Source of the DNA: Eledone cirrhosa
Taxonomy: Eukaryota
Direction: 5' to 3'
NCBI GenBank assembly: GCA_964016885.1
Contig: OZ024743.1
Span: forward strand, 52,328,001-52,392,000
DNA length: 64,000 nt
Shown: one piece after another, positions 38,401-53,900 of the stretch
How the letters are laid out: each line of letters begins with the position of its first letter
Numbering within the stretch: position 1 is the stretch's first letter
Translations under genes and position numbers: made by a program
The notes under the pieces: generated by a model
The model's database searches: none
What the model was told of the DNA's origin: nothing
Seen by the model: the letters and a program-made list of their open reading frames with translations, nothing else

Positions 38401-41400
38401 CACAAGTCAGATGAAGTCAGCTATAGATATGCCATACTACAGAAGACTTGCATCTCTACACATGTCAGATGAAGTCAGCTATAGATATGCTCTACTACAG
38501 AAGACTTGCATCTCTACACAAGTCAGATGAAGTCAGCTATAGATATGCCATACTACAGAAGACTTGCATCTCTACACAAGTCAGATGAAGTCAGCTATAG
38601 ATATGCCATACTACAGAAGACTTGCATCTCTACACAAGTCAGATGAAGTCAGCTATAGATATGCTCTACTACAGAAGACTTGCATCTCTACACAAGTCAG
38701 ATGAAGTCAGCTATAGATATGCCATACTACAGAAGACTTGCATCTCTACACAAGTCAGATGAAGTCAGCTATAGATATGCCATACTACAGAAGACTTGCA
38801 TCTCTACACAAGTCAGATGAAGTCAGCTATAGATATGCCATACTACAGAAGACTTGCATCTCTACACAAGTCAGATGAAGTCAGCTATAGATATGCCGTA
38901 CTACAGAAGACTTGCATCTCTACACATGTCAGATGAAGTCAGCTATAGATATGCTGTACTACAGAAGACTTGCATCTCTACACATGTCAGATGAAGTCAG
39001 CTATAGATATGCTGTACTACAGAAGACTTGCATCTCTACACATGTCAGATGAAGTCAGCTATAGATATGCTGTACTACAGAAGACTTGCATCTCTACACA
39101 TGTCAGATGAAGTCAGCTATAGATATGCTGTACTACAGACGACTTGCATCTCTACACAAGTCAGATGAAGTCAGCTATAGATATGCCGTACTACAGAAGA
39201 CTTGCATCTCTACACATGTCAGATGAAGTCAGCTATAGATATGCCGTACTACAGAAGACTTGCATCTCTACACATGTCAGATGAAGTCAGCTATAGATAT
39301 GCCGTACTACAGAAGACTTGCATCTCTACACATGTCAGATGAAGTCAGCTATAGATATGCTGTACTACAGAAGACTTGCATCTCTACACAAGTCAGATGA
39401 AGTCAGCTATAGATATGCCATACTACAGAAGACTTGCATCTCTACACATGTCAGATGAAGTCAGCTATAGATATGCTGTACTACAGAAGACTTGCATCTC
39501 TACACATGTCAGATGAAGTCAGCTATAGATATGCTGTACTACAGAAGACTTGCATCTCTACACATGTCAGATGAAGTCAGCTATAGATATGCTGTACTAC
39601 AGAAGACTTGCATCTCTACACATGTCAGATGAAGTCAGCTATAGATATGCTGTACTACAGAAGACTTGCATCTCTACACATGTCAGATGAAGTCAGCTAT
39701 AGATATGCCGTACTACAGAAGACTTGCATCTCTACACATGTCAGATGAAGTCAGCTATAGATATGCCGTACTACAGAAGACTTGCATCTCTACACAAGTT
39801 GGATGAAGTCAGCTATAGATATGCTGTACTACAGAAGACTTGCATCTCTACACAAGTCAGATGAAGTCAGCTATAGATATGCCGTACTACAGAAGACTTG
39901 CATCTCTACACAAGTCAGATGAAGTCAGCTATAGATATGCTGTACTACAGAAGATTTGCATCTCTACACAAGTTGGATGAAGTCAGCTATAGATATGCCG
40001 TACTACAGAAGACTTGCATCTCTACACAAGTCAGATGAAGTCAGCTATAGATATGTCATACTACAGAAGACTTGCATCTCTACACAAGTCAGATGAAGTC
40101 AGCTATAGATATGTCATACTACAGAAGACTTGCATCTCTACACAAGTCAGATGAAGTCAGCTATAGATATGTCATACTACAGAAGACTTGCATCTCTACA
40201 CAAGTCAGATGAAGTCAGCTATAGATATGCTGTACTACAGAAGACTTGCATCTCTACACAAGTCAGATGAAGTCAGCTATAGATATGCCATACTACAGAA
40301 GACTTGCATCTCTACACATGTCAGATGAAGTCAGCTATAGATATGCCGTACTACAGAAGACTTGCATCTCTACACATGTCAGATGAAGTCAGCTATAGAT
40401 ATGCTGTACTACAGAAGACTTGCATCTCTACACAAGTCAGATGAAGTCAGCTATAGATATGCCATACTACAGAAGACTTGCATCTCTACACAAGTCAGAT
40501 GAAGTCAGCTATAGATATGCCGTACTACAGAAGACTTGCATCTCTACACAAGTCAGATGAAGTCAGCTATAGATATGCCGTACTACAGAAGACTTGCATC
40601 TCTACACAAGTCAGATGAAGTCAGCTATAGATATGCCATACTACAGAAGACTTGCATCTCTACACAAGTCAGATGAAGTCAGCTATAGATATGCCATACT
40701 ACAGAAGACTTGCATCTCTACACAAGTCAGATGAAGTCAGCTATAGATATGCCGTACTACAGAAGACTTGCATCTCTACACAAGTCAGATGAAGTCAGCT
40801 ATAGATATGCTGTACTACAGAAGACTTGCATGTCTACACAAGTCAGATGAAGTCAGCTATAGATATGTCATACTACAGAAGACTTGCATCTCTACACATG
40901 TCAGATGAAGTCAGCTATAGATATGCCATACTACAGAAGACTTGCATCTCTACACAAGTCAGATGAAGTCAGCTATAGATATGCCATACTACAGAAGACT
41001 TGCATCTCTACACAAGTCAGATGAAGTCAGCTATAGATATGCCGTACTACAGAAGACTTGCATCTCTACACATGTCAGATGAAGTCAGCTATAGATATGC
41101 TGTACTACAGAAGACTTGCATCTCTACACAAGTCAGATGAAGTCAGCTATAGATATGCCATACTACAGAAGACTTGCATTTCTACACAAGTCAGATGAAG
41201 TCAGCTATAGATATGCCGTACTACAGAAGACTTGCATCTCTACACAAGTCAGATGAAGTCAGCTATAGATATGCTGTACTACAGAAGACTTGCATGTCTA
41301 CACAAGTCAGATGAAGTCAGCTATAGATATGTCATACTACAGAAGACTTGCATCTCTACACATGTCAGATGAAGTCAGCTATAGATATGCCATACTACAG

Positions 41401-44400
41401 AAGACTTGCATCTCTACACAAGTCAGATGAAGTCAGCTATAGATATGCCATACTACAGAAGACTTGCATCTCTACACAAGTCAGATGAAGTCAGCTATAG
41501 ATATGCCGTACTACAGAAGACTTGCATCTCTACACATGTCAGATGAAGTCAGCTATAGATATGCTGTACTACAGAAGACTTGCATCTCTACACAAGTTGG
41601 ATGAAGTCAGCTATAGATATGCCGTACTAAAGAAGACTTGCATCTCTACACAAGTCAGATGAAGTCAGCTATAGATATGCCATACTACAGAAGACTTGCA
41701 TCTCTACACAAGTCAGATGAAGTCAGCTATAGATATGCCATACTACAGAAGACTTGCATCTCTACACAAGTCAGATGAAGTCAGCTATAGATATGCTCTA
41801 CTACAGAAGACTTGCATCTCTACACAAGTCAGATGAAGTCAGCTATAGATATGCCATACTACAGAAGACTTGCATCTCTACACAAGTCAGATGAAGTCAG
41901 CTATAGATATGCCATACTACAGAAGACTTGCATCTCTACACAAGTCAGATGAAGTCAGCTATAGATATGCCATACTACAGAAGACTTGCATCTCTACACA
42001 AGTCAGATGAAGTCAGCTATAGATATGCCATACTACAGAAGACTTGCATCTCTACACAAGTCAGATGAAGTCAGCTATAGATATGTCATACTACAGAAGA
42101 CTTGCATCTCTACACATGTCAGATGAAGTCAGCTATAGATATGCTGTACTACAGAAGACTTGCATGTCTACACAAGTCAGATGAAGTCAGCTATAGATAT
42201 GCCGTACTACAGAAGACTTGCATCTCTACACATGTCAGATGAAGTCAGCTATAGATATGCCGTACTACAGAAGACTTGTATCTCTACACATGTCAGATGA
42301 AGTCAGCTATAGATATGCCGTACTACAGAAGACTTGCATCTCTACACAAGTCAGATGAAGTCAGCTATAGATATGCTGTACTACAGAAGACTTGCATCTC
42401 TACACAAGTCAGATGAAGTCAGCTATAGATATGCCATACTACAGAAGACTTGCATCTCTACACATGTCAGATGAAGTCAGCTATAGATATGCTCTACTAC
42501 AGAAGACTTGCATCTCTACACAAGTCAGATGAAGTCAGCTATAGATATGCCATACTACAGAAGACTTGCATCTCTACACAAGTCAGATGAAGTCAGCTAT
42601 AGATATGCCATACTACAGAAGACTTGCATCTCTACACAAGTCAGATGAAGTCAGCTATAGATATGCTCTACTACAGAAGACTTGCATCTCTACACAAGTC
42701 AGATGAAGTCAGCTATAGATATGCCATACTACAGAAGACTTGCATCTCTACACAAGTCAGATGAAGTCAGCTATAGATATGCCATACTACAGAAGACTTG
42801 CATCTCTACACAAGTCAGATGAAGTCAGCTATAGATATGCCATACTACAGAAGACTTGCATCTCTACACAAGTCAGATGAAGTCAGCTATAGATATGTCA
42901 TACTACAGAAGACTTGCATCTCTACACATGTCAGATGAAGTCAGCTATAGATATGCCATACTACAGAAGACTTGCATCTCTACACAAGTCAGATGAAGTC
43001 AGCTATAGATATGCCATACTACAGAAGACTTGCATCTCTACACAAGTCAGATGAAGTCAGCTATAGATATGCCGTACTACAGAAGACTTGCATCTCTACA
43101 CATGTCAGATGAAGTCAGCTATAGATATGCTGTACTACAGAAGACTTGCATCTCTACACAAGTTGGATGAAGTCAGCTATAGATATGCCGTACTAAAGAA
43201 GACTTGCATCTCTACACAAGTCAGATGAAGTCAGCTATAGATATGCCATACTACAGAAGACTTGCATCTCTACACAAGTCAGATGAAGTCAGCTATAGAT
43301 ATGCCATACTACAGAAGACTTGCATCTCTACACAAGTCAGATGAAGTCAGCTATAGATATGCTCTACTACAGAAGACTTGCATCTCTACACAAGTCAGAT
43401 GAAGTCAGCTATAGATATGCCATACTACAGAAGACTTGCATCTCTACACAAGTCAGATGAAGTCAGCTATAGATATGCCATACTACAGAAGACTTGCATC
43501 TCTACACAAGTCAGATGAAGTCAGCTATAGATATGCCATACTACAGAAGACTTGCATCTCTACACAAGTCAGATGAAGTCAGCTATAGATATGCCATACT
43601 ACAGAAGACTTGCATCTCTACACAAGTCAGATGAAGTCAGCTATAGATATGTCATACTACAGAAGACTTGCATCTCTACACATGTCAGATGAAGTCAGCT
43701 ATAGATATGCCATACTACAGAAGACTTGCATCTCTACACAAGTCAGATGAAGTCAGCTATAGATATGCCATACTACAGAAGACTTGCATCTCTACACAAG
43801 TCAGATGAAGTCAGCTATAGATATGCCGTACTACAGAAGACTTGCATCTCTACACATGTCAGATGAAGTCAGCTATAGATATGCTGTACTACAGAAGACT
43901 TGCATCTCTACACAAGTTGGATGAAGTCAGCTATAGATATGCCGTACTAAAGAAGACTTGCATCTCTACACATGTCAGATGAAGTCAGCTATAGATATGC
44001 TGTACTACAGAAGACTTGCATCTCTACACAAGTCAGATGAAGTCAGCTATAGATATGCTGTACTACAGAAGACTTGCATCTCTACACAAGTCAGATGAAG
44101 TCAGCTATAGATATGCCGTACTACAGAAGACTTGCATCTCTACACATGTCAGATGAAGTCAGCTATAGATATGCCGTACTACAGAAGACTTGCATCTCTA
44201 CACAAGTCAGATGAAGTCAGCTATAGATATGCTGTACTACAGAAGACTTGCATCTCTACACATGTCAGATGAAGTCAGCTATAGATATGCCGTACTACAG
44301 AAGACTTGCATCTCTACACATGTCAGATGAAGTCAGCTATAGATATGCTGTACTACAGAAGACTTGCATCTCTACACAAGTCGGATGAAGTCAGCTATAG

Positions 44401-44680
44401 ATATGCTGTACTACAGAAGACTTGCATCTCTACACATGTCAGATGAAGTCAGCTATAGATATGCTGTACTACAGAAGACTTGCATCTCTACACAAGTCAG
44501 ATGAAGTCAGCTATAGATATGCTGTACTACAGAAGACTTGCATCTCTACACAAGTCAGATGAAGTCAGCTATAGATATGCCGTACTACAGAAGACTTGCA
44601 TCTCTACACATGTCAGATGAAGTCAGCTATAGATATGCCATACTACAGAAGACTTGCATCTCTACACAAGTTGGATGAAG
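32436..44680. repeat. 58-bp satellite, ~211 copies (12.2 kb)
   Basis: Unit gatgaagtcagctatagatatgc(c/t)gtactacagaagacttgcatctctacaca(t/a)gtca; starts at 32436, 32494, 32552. Confidence 0.98.
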
Positions 44681-45625
44681 CAAGCATGAGAAGGATGATG
44701 TAACAATAACAGAAAGATGTAACAATACTTTGGCTGTCTCTAACATCCCCATCCTTACTATTCTCTTCACCTAGTCTTCTCCCTTTTGCACACTTGATCC
44801 TTCCCTCCCTCACCAATCACTTAGTCTAGCATCCTCCATTCACATCTCTGACCCTTACTCAAAGGTTGTGTACCTTTACCGTACTGCCAGTTGCTGCTGG
44901 CTCATTGTTTCTCGCAATCCAAGACCACTTTACAACCGTTGCCCTGCATGGAAAGCCTGGCTCACACTACAGTACTACCAGATGTCACTTATTTACTTCC
45001 TGCTAGAAATGGGTAACCTAAATCCTCCACCTCACCCTATTACTGTCCATCTAGTCGGGCCAAGGACACAATTGCCCTAGTGTTGAAATGTGGTAGTACT
45101 GGTTCCACAATAAAATCCAATCAGCACTGCTCCCACACTGAAATATGGAGGTGCTGGTGTCATGATAAAATGCACCCAGCCCACACTGTAATGTGGTATT
45201 ACTGATTCAACATAAAAAGCACCCAGCCCACCCTATCAGGTAAAAGTGGTGAGTGTGTCATGAGAAAATGAACCCAGTACACATCCTGATGCATTAGCGG
45301 TAAAGGCTTTATCTTACATATCCCACATAATATCGAAGCTATGAGATTTTGATATTATTTATTTTAAATACAATACTTTAACATCAGTCTGAGTGGCCAG
45401 TTACAGCCAGTTTGAACTGAAAGAGGTGAGAGAATTCTGGCTGGATACAGCAGGTTTAACTGCTAAAGGGTTAAGTAGGTTAAGAGAGGTATCCAGCTGT
45501 AGAAACTATGCCAAAATGGAACATATGAGTGAGACAGTTGTCTGACCTGCCTGTCTAGCCTTAGGATATGGCAACCCATCAGTCCAAGTGTGGAAAATAA
45601 CTGTAAAACATTTGGTGATGATGAT
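44681..45625 (+). mobile_element. Old RTE-like 3' UTR interrupted by a MITE fragment (~45290-45474)
   Basis: Pyrimidine-rich UTR, aaaagcacccagcccacactgtaa repeats, tatccagctgtagaaa, GAT tail; MITE end tgctaaagggttaa. Confidence 0.6.
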
Positions 45626-45685
45626 AAATCTTGACAATTGTTTCTCCTTGAACTTACACAATTCAATTGAATAATTTACATGTAT

Positions 45686-46180
45686 ATCATCATCATCATT
45701 GTTTAACATCCATTTTCTATGTTAGCATGGGTAGGACGGGCTGTCCTTTTGTGAGTGATCAGGTCAGAGGACCATGATTCGCTCACACAAAAATGATTTT
45801 GGCTTGGTTTCTACAGTCGGATGCCTTTCTTTCTTAATGCCAACCACATTTACAGTGAGTGCTGGGTGCCTTTTGTTGTGACACCTACATGATCACTTTA
45901 CAGTGTGGACTGGGTGCCTTTTGTCGTGACACTTACATGATCACTTTACAGTGTGGACTGGGTGCCTTTTGTCGTGACACTTACATGATCACTTTACAGT
46001 GTGGACTGGGTACCTTTTGTCGTGACACCTACATGATCACTTTACAGTGTGGACTGGATGCTTTTTGTTGTGACACCTACATGATCACTTTACAGTGTCG
46101 ACTGGGTGAATTTTGTCATGACACCTCCATGACCACTTTACAGTGTGGAGTAGGTGCTTTTTTTGTGACACCTGCATGAT
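45686..46180 (-). mobile_element. RTE 3' end with 48-bp tandem repeat (~7 copies, 45845-46180)
   Basis: Reverse RTE tail; unit gtgacacctacatgatcactttacagtgtggactgggtgccttttgtc. Confidence 0.8.
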
Positions 46181-46214
46181 TATATATATATTTATATGTA
46201 TGTAAAAGGTAAAC

Positions 46215-46420
46215 AGAAATAACAACACAATCGGTACAGTATATGGAAAGGATATATTAGGTTAACGCTTGATATAGCAGGAAGAGGGTTTTAACGTTTC
46301 GGATGTTAGTCCTTCATCAGAAGAAAGAATGAGAAATAAGATAGATTGAGGGGACAGGTGGGTTGGAATTGGAAAAAATGTCTTTACATAAAAATAACAG
46401 GTCCATTCATGTTGACATGT
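46215..46420 (-). mobile_element. Penelope-like pLTR with minimal hammerhead (46288-46324)
   Basis: Reverse reads tctt-CTGATGA-a-gga-ctaaca-tcc-GAAAC-gtta; close to 48722-48920. Confidence 0.75.
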
Positions 46421-46424
46421 GCGC

Positions 46425-47048
46425 ATTCGTTTCTAATTTAGGCATAAGCCCATAAAATTTAGTGGAAAGGCAAAGTTGATTAAATCATCCCTAGTATTTG
46501 ACTTTATTTTGACTCTAAAAGAATGAAAGGCAAAGTTGACCTTGCTGGGATTCGAACTCAGAATGTACAGAGTAATAATGGTTTCTTATAAACCGATAAT
46601 GGTTTCGATTAAATCGACTCCAGTGCATTACTGGTACTTTATTTTATTGACCCTGTAAGGATGAAAGGCAAAGTTAACCTCGACAGGATTTGAACTGAGA
46701 TCCTAAAGGGACGTAACTCTATGCTGCAAAGCATGGCGTCCGACCCTCTACCGATACTGCCAATCCACGGATTGTACAGAGCAATAAAGGTTACTGCAAT
46801 GTCACTTTAGCCAATGGTCTACCAATTCTGCCATTCCAACACCACTCTCTCTCTCTATATATATTTGTTTCTACTTTAGGCACAAGGCCAGCAATAACCC
46901 AGTTCATTACTGGTACTTTATTTTATCAACCCCGTAAGGATGAAAGGCAAAGTCAACCTCGGCGGGATTTGAACTCAGATCGTAAAGGGACGTAACTATG
47001 CTGGAAAGCATGGCGTCCGACCCTCTACCGATACTGCCAATCCACCCA
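46425..47048 (-). mobile_element. Three SINE family 2 copies, reverse orientation
   Basis: 46425-46570 (old), 46605-46770, and 46865-47048 (near-identical to the reverse of 9486-9672). Confidence 0.85.
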
Positions 47049-47268
47049 AGCCAATAGTATTGTTTCTCTTTCCTCTTTTTAGTTTGCTTCTAAAGTTGAG
47101 GAGCCCCTTATCAGCAAAGGTCAGTCACTACAAGGAGTTAGACTCCCACCCCAGAAAAATATTGGGTATTTTACTTCTTGGTTGATGTTTTTTATTTTTT
47201 ATTTTTATTGCCTACTCAGATTTATTTTGTTTGCTTTCGATGTTGTCAACATATTTATATCTCCTTCT

Positions 47269-47937
47269 CATCATCATCACCATCATCATCATCACCACCA
47301 CCACCACCATAACCACCATCATCATCACCATCACCACCACCACCACCACCACTACCACCACCATCACCATCATCATCACCATCATCACCACCACCACCAC
47401 CATCATCACCACCAACACCACCACCATCATCACCACCACCAACACCACCATCATCACCATCACCACCACCACCACCACCACCACCACCACCACCACCACC
47501 ATCACCATCATTACCACCACCACCACCACCACCAACATCACCACCACCACCACCACCACCACCATCACCATCACCATCACCACCACCACCACCACCACCA
47601 CCACCATCCTCATCACCATCATTACCACCACCGTCACCACCGCCACTACCACCGTCACCACCACCACCACCACTACCACAACTACCACCACAACCACGAC
47701 GACGACGACCACCACCACCACCACCACCATCACCACCTTCACCACCACCACCACCACCACCACCACCATCCTCATCACCATCATTACCACCACCGTCACC
47801 ACCGCCACTACCACCGTCACCACCACCACCACCACTACCACAACTACCACCACAACCACGACGACGACGACCACCACCACCACCACCACCATCACCACCT
47901 TCACCACCACCACTACCACCACTACCACCATCACCAT
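47269..47937. repeat. (CAC/CAT)n tract with an internal duplication
   Basis: Direct reading; poly-H/T/V pseudo-ORFs. Confidence 0.95.
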
Positions 47938-48686
47938 TTGTTGGGGTTGTTGTTAGTTGTTGTTGGGTTGATAGGGTAGACAGTTCCTATGAAGGGATTA
48001 TACCCCCCCCCCCCGATCACTACATATGAGCAATATATATTTTTGTTAAGCTTTATTTGAGACCGTCTTTTGTGACACACCAACCCAGGATCAGTTTAAT
48101 AGGTACACACATGTACATATAGTCATATATTTACCTGCAGTGGTGGACTGGATCCAAAAATATTGGCTGCAACGAGATGAAGGGGCCACCTACATATAGA
48201 ATGCTATACATTTGTAGAATCTCGGGGGCCTAGTTGGAGGAATCATAGATGGTGGAGATTCTGGTCTGAAGTTCGATCCTTGTCGGGAGTAGGGTTCCCG
48301 GTAAACCTTCTCAGTTTTTTTCTATGGGATGTAAAATAAAAGCTGAAAAAAATTACATATACTTCTTGACCAAGATTGAACCCAAGACCAGGATCTCTCC
48401 CTTCTCTAGTACCTACCGGTAGGCCACAGAGACAACCACAAACATCTCATGAAAATTCATACTTATAAACCTTCTTTCAAAACAAAATGATGTGGTGTCG
48501 TTCATGTCTTTCTTAATGTTATTGCTCCTACTTAAGGTCGACTTCTAAATCATTTGGGTGTTCCATAAACTACATCCTCGTTTTGTTTCTCATCTATCTA
48601 GACTATTTTAAACTGTAATCCATGTTTCATTTCTGTTGCACCTCATTTCTACCCCCTCTCTCTCTGTGATATTTGAATCTACTAGG

Positions 48687-49645
<959 letters not shown>

Positions 49646-50014
49646 TGTTTCCCCCCAAATTAAATTAATTCAACAGTTAAACACACATAGGAATAAAAAG
49701 GTCGTTACCAAAGAGCAAGGAGATTGACAAGTTGACCCTAAATATGACTAATAGCTCTAGGAAAGCCATGAACGACACCACATCTTTTTAACTTTGATTT
49801 TGAAAGTAGGTTTATAATTATTAATTTTCATTATACTTTTGTATCTGTCTAGGTAGCCTAGTTGGAGGAATCATAGATGATGGAGATTCTGGTCTAATCA
49901 GAGATGGTGGAGATTCTGTAATAAACTTATTGAAAGTTTATTACACATTTGGCAGATATCTTTGACCCATTGATACCAAACATTATTTGGTCAGTAGTTT
50001 GTGTGTATGTGTAA

Positions 50015-50062
<48 letters not shown>

Positions 50063-50069
<7 letters not shown>

Positions 50070-50269
50070 CTATCGCCGTATTTTGACTAAAGAAATTAAA
50101 GAAATTATTTAGCCTGATAGTGGGGTTAAGAACCCTCGGAGAAATGGAAAAAGATGAGTATTGACGTACATGGGACATCAATACTCATCTTTTTCCATTT
50201 CTCCGAGGGTTCTATCAGGCTAAATAATTTCTTTAATTTCTTTAGTCAAAATACGGTGATAGCTTATAT
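50063..50269. repeat. Long fold-back palindrome (~95-100 bp arms)
   Basis: ataagctatcgccgtattttgact...gatgagtattga / tcaatactcatc...agtcaaaatacggtgatagcttat with one ~9-nt bulge. Confidence 0.9.
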
Positions 50270-50312
50270 TTCTAATTTCAAACCCGCTCGCTGTTTCGAA
50301 AATATTCTTACT

Positions 50313-50380
<68 letters not shown>

Positions 50381-50597
50381 CAGATGTGCAACGAAAGAAC
50401 TTTGTAAGACTATATATATGTGTTTGTGTCTATATTATATATGTATTTTTGACCGTTGGTCAGTCAATAGTAAACATTGAAGACCGAATAAATTAACTGA
50501 TATAAAAGATACAGAAGCGAAAACCAACCAAACAGTGAGTTTGTTCTGTTATTAATTCTGGCAATATTATTACAACAATATGACTCTCCCCAAGTAT

Positions 50598-50644
<47 letters not shown>

Positions 50645-50651
<7 letters not shown>

Positions 50652-50948
50652 TTCAAACACCCTGAAAAAAGAACAGCAACGGCGCTTGTAAATAAAGTGT
50701 GGGAGTTCAAAGACAAAAACATTCTGTACACTATTGATTGGTCTATTTTAGACCATTCAAGAGAATACCAAAGGGGCACAAAGAAATGTTTTTTGTGCAC
50801 CACGGAAAAATTTAGAATTCTCCAAAACTTGAAAGCCCCTTCCACTTGTCTCAACTCTAAGATCGAGATCTTCAGATGTTGTCCGCATCTGAAATCGCAT
50901 CTACTTTTTAACTGGATTAACATTCCTACGATTATTCAACCACCTTGA
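50645..50948 (+). mobile_element. Penelope-like (Naiad-type) endonuclease/C-terminal fragment
   Basis: TALVNKVWEFKD..YTIDWSIL..YQRGTKKCFLCTTEK..I..LNSKIEIFRCCPH resembles the T.LS..IW.LK..W.I..C.LC..EK..LN.R.E..CRH signature as recalled. Confidence 0.7.
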
Positions 50949-51421
50949 GTTTCTTCTTTACTCATCACGCCTTCCACTCACCACGAATATTAATACCTTA
51001 TGAACTCATACTTCCTACCCATATACTTTTTCTCCCTCATCTCCTTCTATATATCTCTTTATTTTTATCTTTTTCCTTTTATTTTTATAAAAATGTTCTT
51101 TTTCAGTTGACTTATAATCCTCCCTACTTTCTACCTTACCTTTTACACATACATACCCACCACCTTTACCCTTTACTCAGTTCACTTTTTAACCAGATAC
51201 TCTTATCTAGATCTCATCACAAACCTTTTTACAATACTTTTTTCCCTTACCTGTTTTTAATAATTGTGTTTATTATTTTATTTCAATTTTACTCCCCTTT
51301 GTCCTTACTTACACACTAGGTTTTTTAATGTACTCACATAGGGTTGTGTGCGGGCGCATATGCAGACAGGCTTATGTGTACATACATTTATAGTATTTTG
51401 ATTATTTATTTGTATGTGTGT

Positions 51422-51536
<115 letters not shown>

Positions 51537-51671
51537 TGTGTGTGCGTGTGTGTGTGTGTGTGTACGTGTATATATATTTATATATGTGTGTGTATGTATG
51601 TATGTATGTATGTATGTATGTATGTATGTATGTATGTATGTATGTATGTATGTGTGTGTGTGTGTGTATAT

Positions 51672-52249
51672 GTCAGGTCACCAGTTGGTGCTACTGGTAA
51701 CATGTATCCCAGTACAACCTGTCTCATGGTCGGGTTGGCGACTAAACTGGCAACTCCACCAAGGTTTCTTGGTGAGGAGGGTGACTTTGGACATCCTGCA
51801 GGACTAAAAACAAAACCTGTCAAAGGCCAAAGGAGCTCTTAAGAGTCAATGGCCATCCAAAATCGGGAGAGATGACCCCTTAGCCTGTGTCAAGGCAGAA
51901 TTCTAGGAGAAGGAAAACTCTGATATAACACCTACAACCCTGATGGTATCCAATGATGTTACTTGTTCTTCTTTTTGGTAAATATCATCTTGGTTAAGAG
52001 AGTGGGACTGGCTTTGTGCAGTGCCTTTGCTCACTATAAAAGCTTCACGGCACAGGCATTGCTTTATATCTGGAGATCTCTCTGCACTTGTCGTCACATG
52101 GTACCATGGGCCCAGCACTATGTGTCAATAATTGTCACAAGTGTAGTGTTTGTACCAGAGTTTTCAAGTCGCTGTTCAGCGCATCGGTAGGGGTTCTCCT
52201 ACATGGATATAAAGTAGTGGCCGTACTCGAAAACGAGTTGGCAGCCACC

Positions 52250-52250
<1 letters not shown>
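51672..52250 (+). mobile_element. Non-autonomous ~580-bp retroposon related to an RTE 5' UTR
   Basis: Second copy at 59546-60150; internal part homologous to 61357-61575; microsatellite flanks. Confidence 0.75.
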
Positions 52251-52299
<49 letters not shown>

Positions 52300-52308
52300 C
52301 TATGTGTT

Positions 52309-52374
<66 letters not shown>

Positions 52375-53842
52375 TGTGTGTGTTTATTTGTTTATACTAT
52401 ATTTATATTTGGTTATATGTATGTGTTTACGTATATATTTATGTATATGCGGTTGTATATATGCGGTTGTATATATTGTTTTTTTTTGTCTGTATGGATT
52501 TACGTATGTTTTTTTTGTATGCGTGTGTTGATTTCTTATTACGTGCGAGTGCGTGCACGCATGTGTATACATATGTACGTAGGTTATGAACCATTGCTCT
52601 TTATTGTAGGGTTTTATGTGTATGTATGTGGATGTGTTTGTATATTTGATTGTATGCATGTTTATATATACGTGTGTATGTGTATGTGTATATGTATTTT
52701 TGCACGCATGTGTATGTGGTTGTGTACGTATGTTTATTTTATGTTTGTCTATATATATATATATATCAGGGATGGCTAGTATAGCTGGCTACATCACGTG
52801 TAATCAGACCTGCAAAATTTTTGAAGGTGGAATGTACTAATTTTACTGGATTCCTGTTGATAAGCACAGAAGATTTGAATATTTCACTTTTTATTTCAAT
52901 TCCATTTCGATTCTCTTTATTTTTCAATTCATGTACCATCGTTGCGAAACATATTTGGGTTTCGAAGTTCAAATTCATCTACGGAGCGGGTTTGAATTTT
53001 GAAATTTAAATTTGTCCAGGAATCACAGCTTTTGCCAATATAAGCTTGTCTTTATTGACTTATATCGAGACAGACAAATTGTATTCACTTTAATTAGTTT
53101 ATTTCATGCTAGCTAACTTTGTCTCTTACAATACAAACACGTTTTGTGTTTATCATATATATTAATATATAACTTGTATTTCACTGCTCAGAAATGCCTC
53201 TTTCTTTGAGCTGATTAATTGTAAACGACTATGAGTTTAATCTCTAAATATAATATAGTATATATATATATATATACACATACATTTGTGTGTGTGTTTT
53301 TATACGTGTGTATGAGTATTTATGCATGTTTATGTGTGTGTGCGTGTGTATATATGTATGTGTATATATATATATATATATATTTTTTTTTTATATATAT
53401 ATATATTTATTTATATGCTCATCTCGTGTATTTGTTTATTTTTAAGTTGTTTTTATTCCCCTCCCCCTCCCCCACACACTCTTACTTATCGTTGTCAACA
53501 CGTATCCTTTTGTCTTTATTTTGTTTTTGACTTTGTATTTTTTGTTCTTATTCATTTATTTATTCTTATTACTTCATGTATATGTATGTGTATGTATTTA
53601 TGTCCCTGGAGCAGACACATACGCTTACGTGAAAAAGTATACGTCTATGTACTTTTTAAGTATATGCGCGTGGTTGAGTGTGTGTATGTTTATGTTCTGG
53701 ATATTTATTGTTTACATATATTTATATATATTTTTATTCTTTTTCCCCTCTTCTTCTTCGCCCGTTTTTTCTCAGCCTCACTTTCATATTTCTTAAATTT
53801 TGTTTTCAAATCCATATTTAATAAAAATACCATGTCTTTTTA

Positions 53843-53900
53843 TTCATTCTGACGACTGAAAACAGATACATCTGCTTTCAAGAAACCACTGGTAAATGAA
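53843..53900 (+). ncRNA. Type I hammerhead ribozyme (intact core)
   Basis: ttcatt-CTGACGA-c-tgaaa-a-cagat-ac-atctg-c-tttca-a-GAAAC-cactg-GTA-aatgaa; 6-bp stem I. Confidence 0.8.

Noticed and set aside
32436-44680. CRISPR array or hammerhead-containing satellite (cagatga-agtc...gact)
   Set aside because: No unique spacers; the context is eukaryotic; there is no CUGAnGA/GAAA core
50645-51320. Selenoprotein/SECIS in the Naiad-type fragment
   Set aside because: No in-frame TGA at the Cys positions and no SECIS-like hairpin seen
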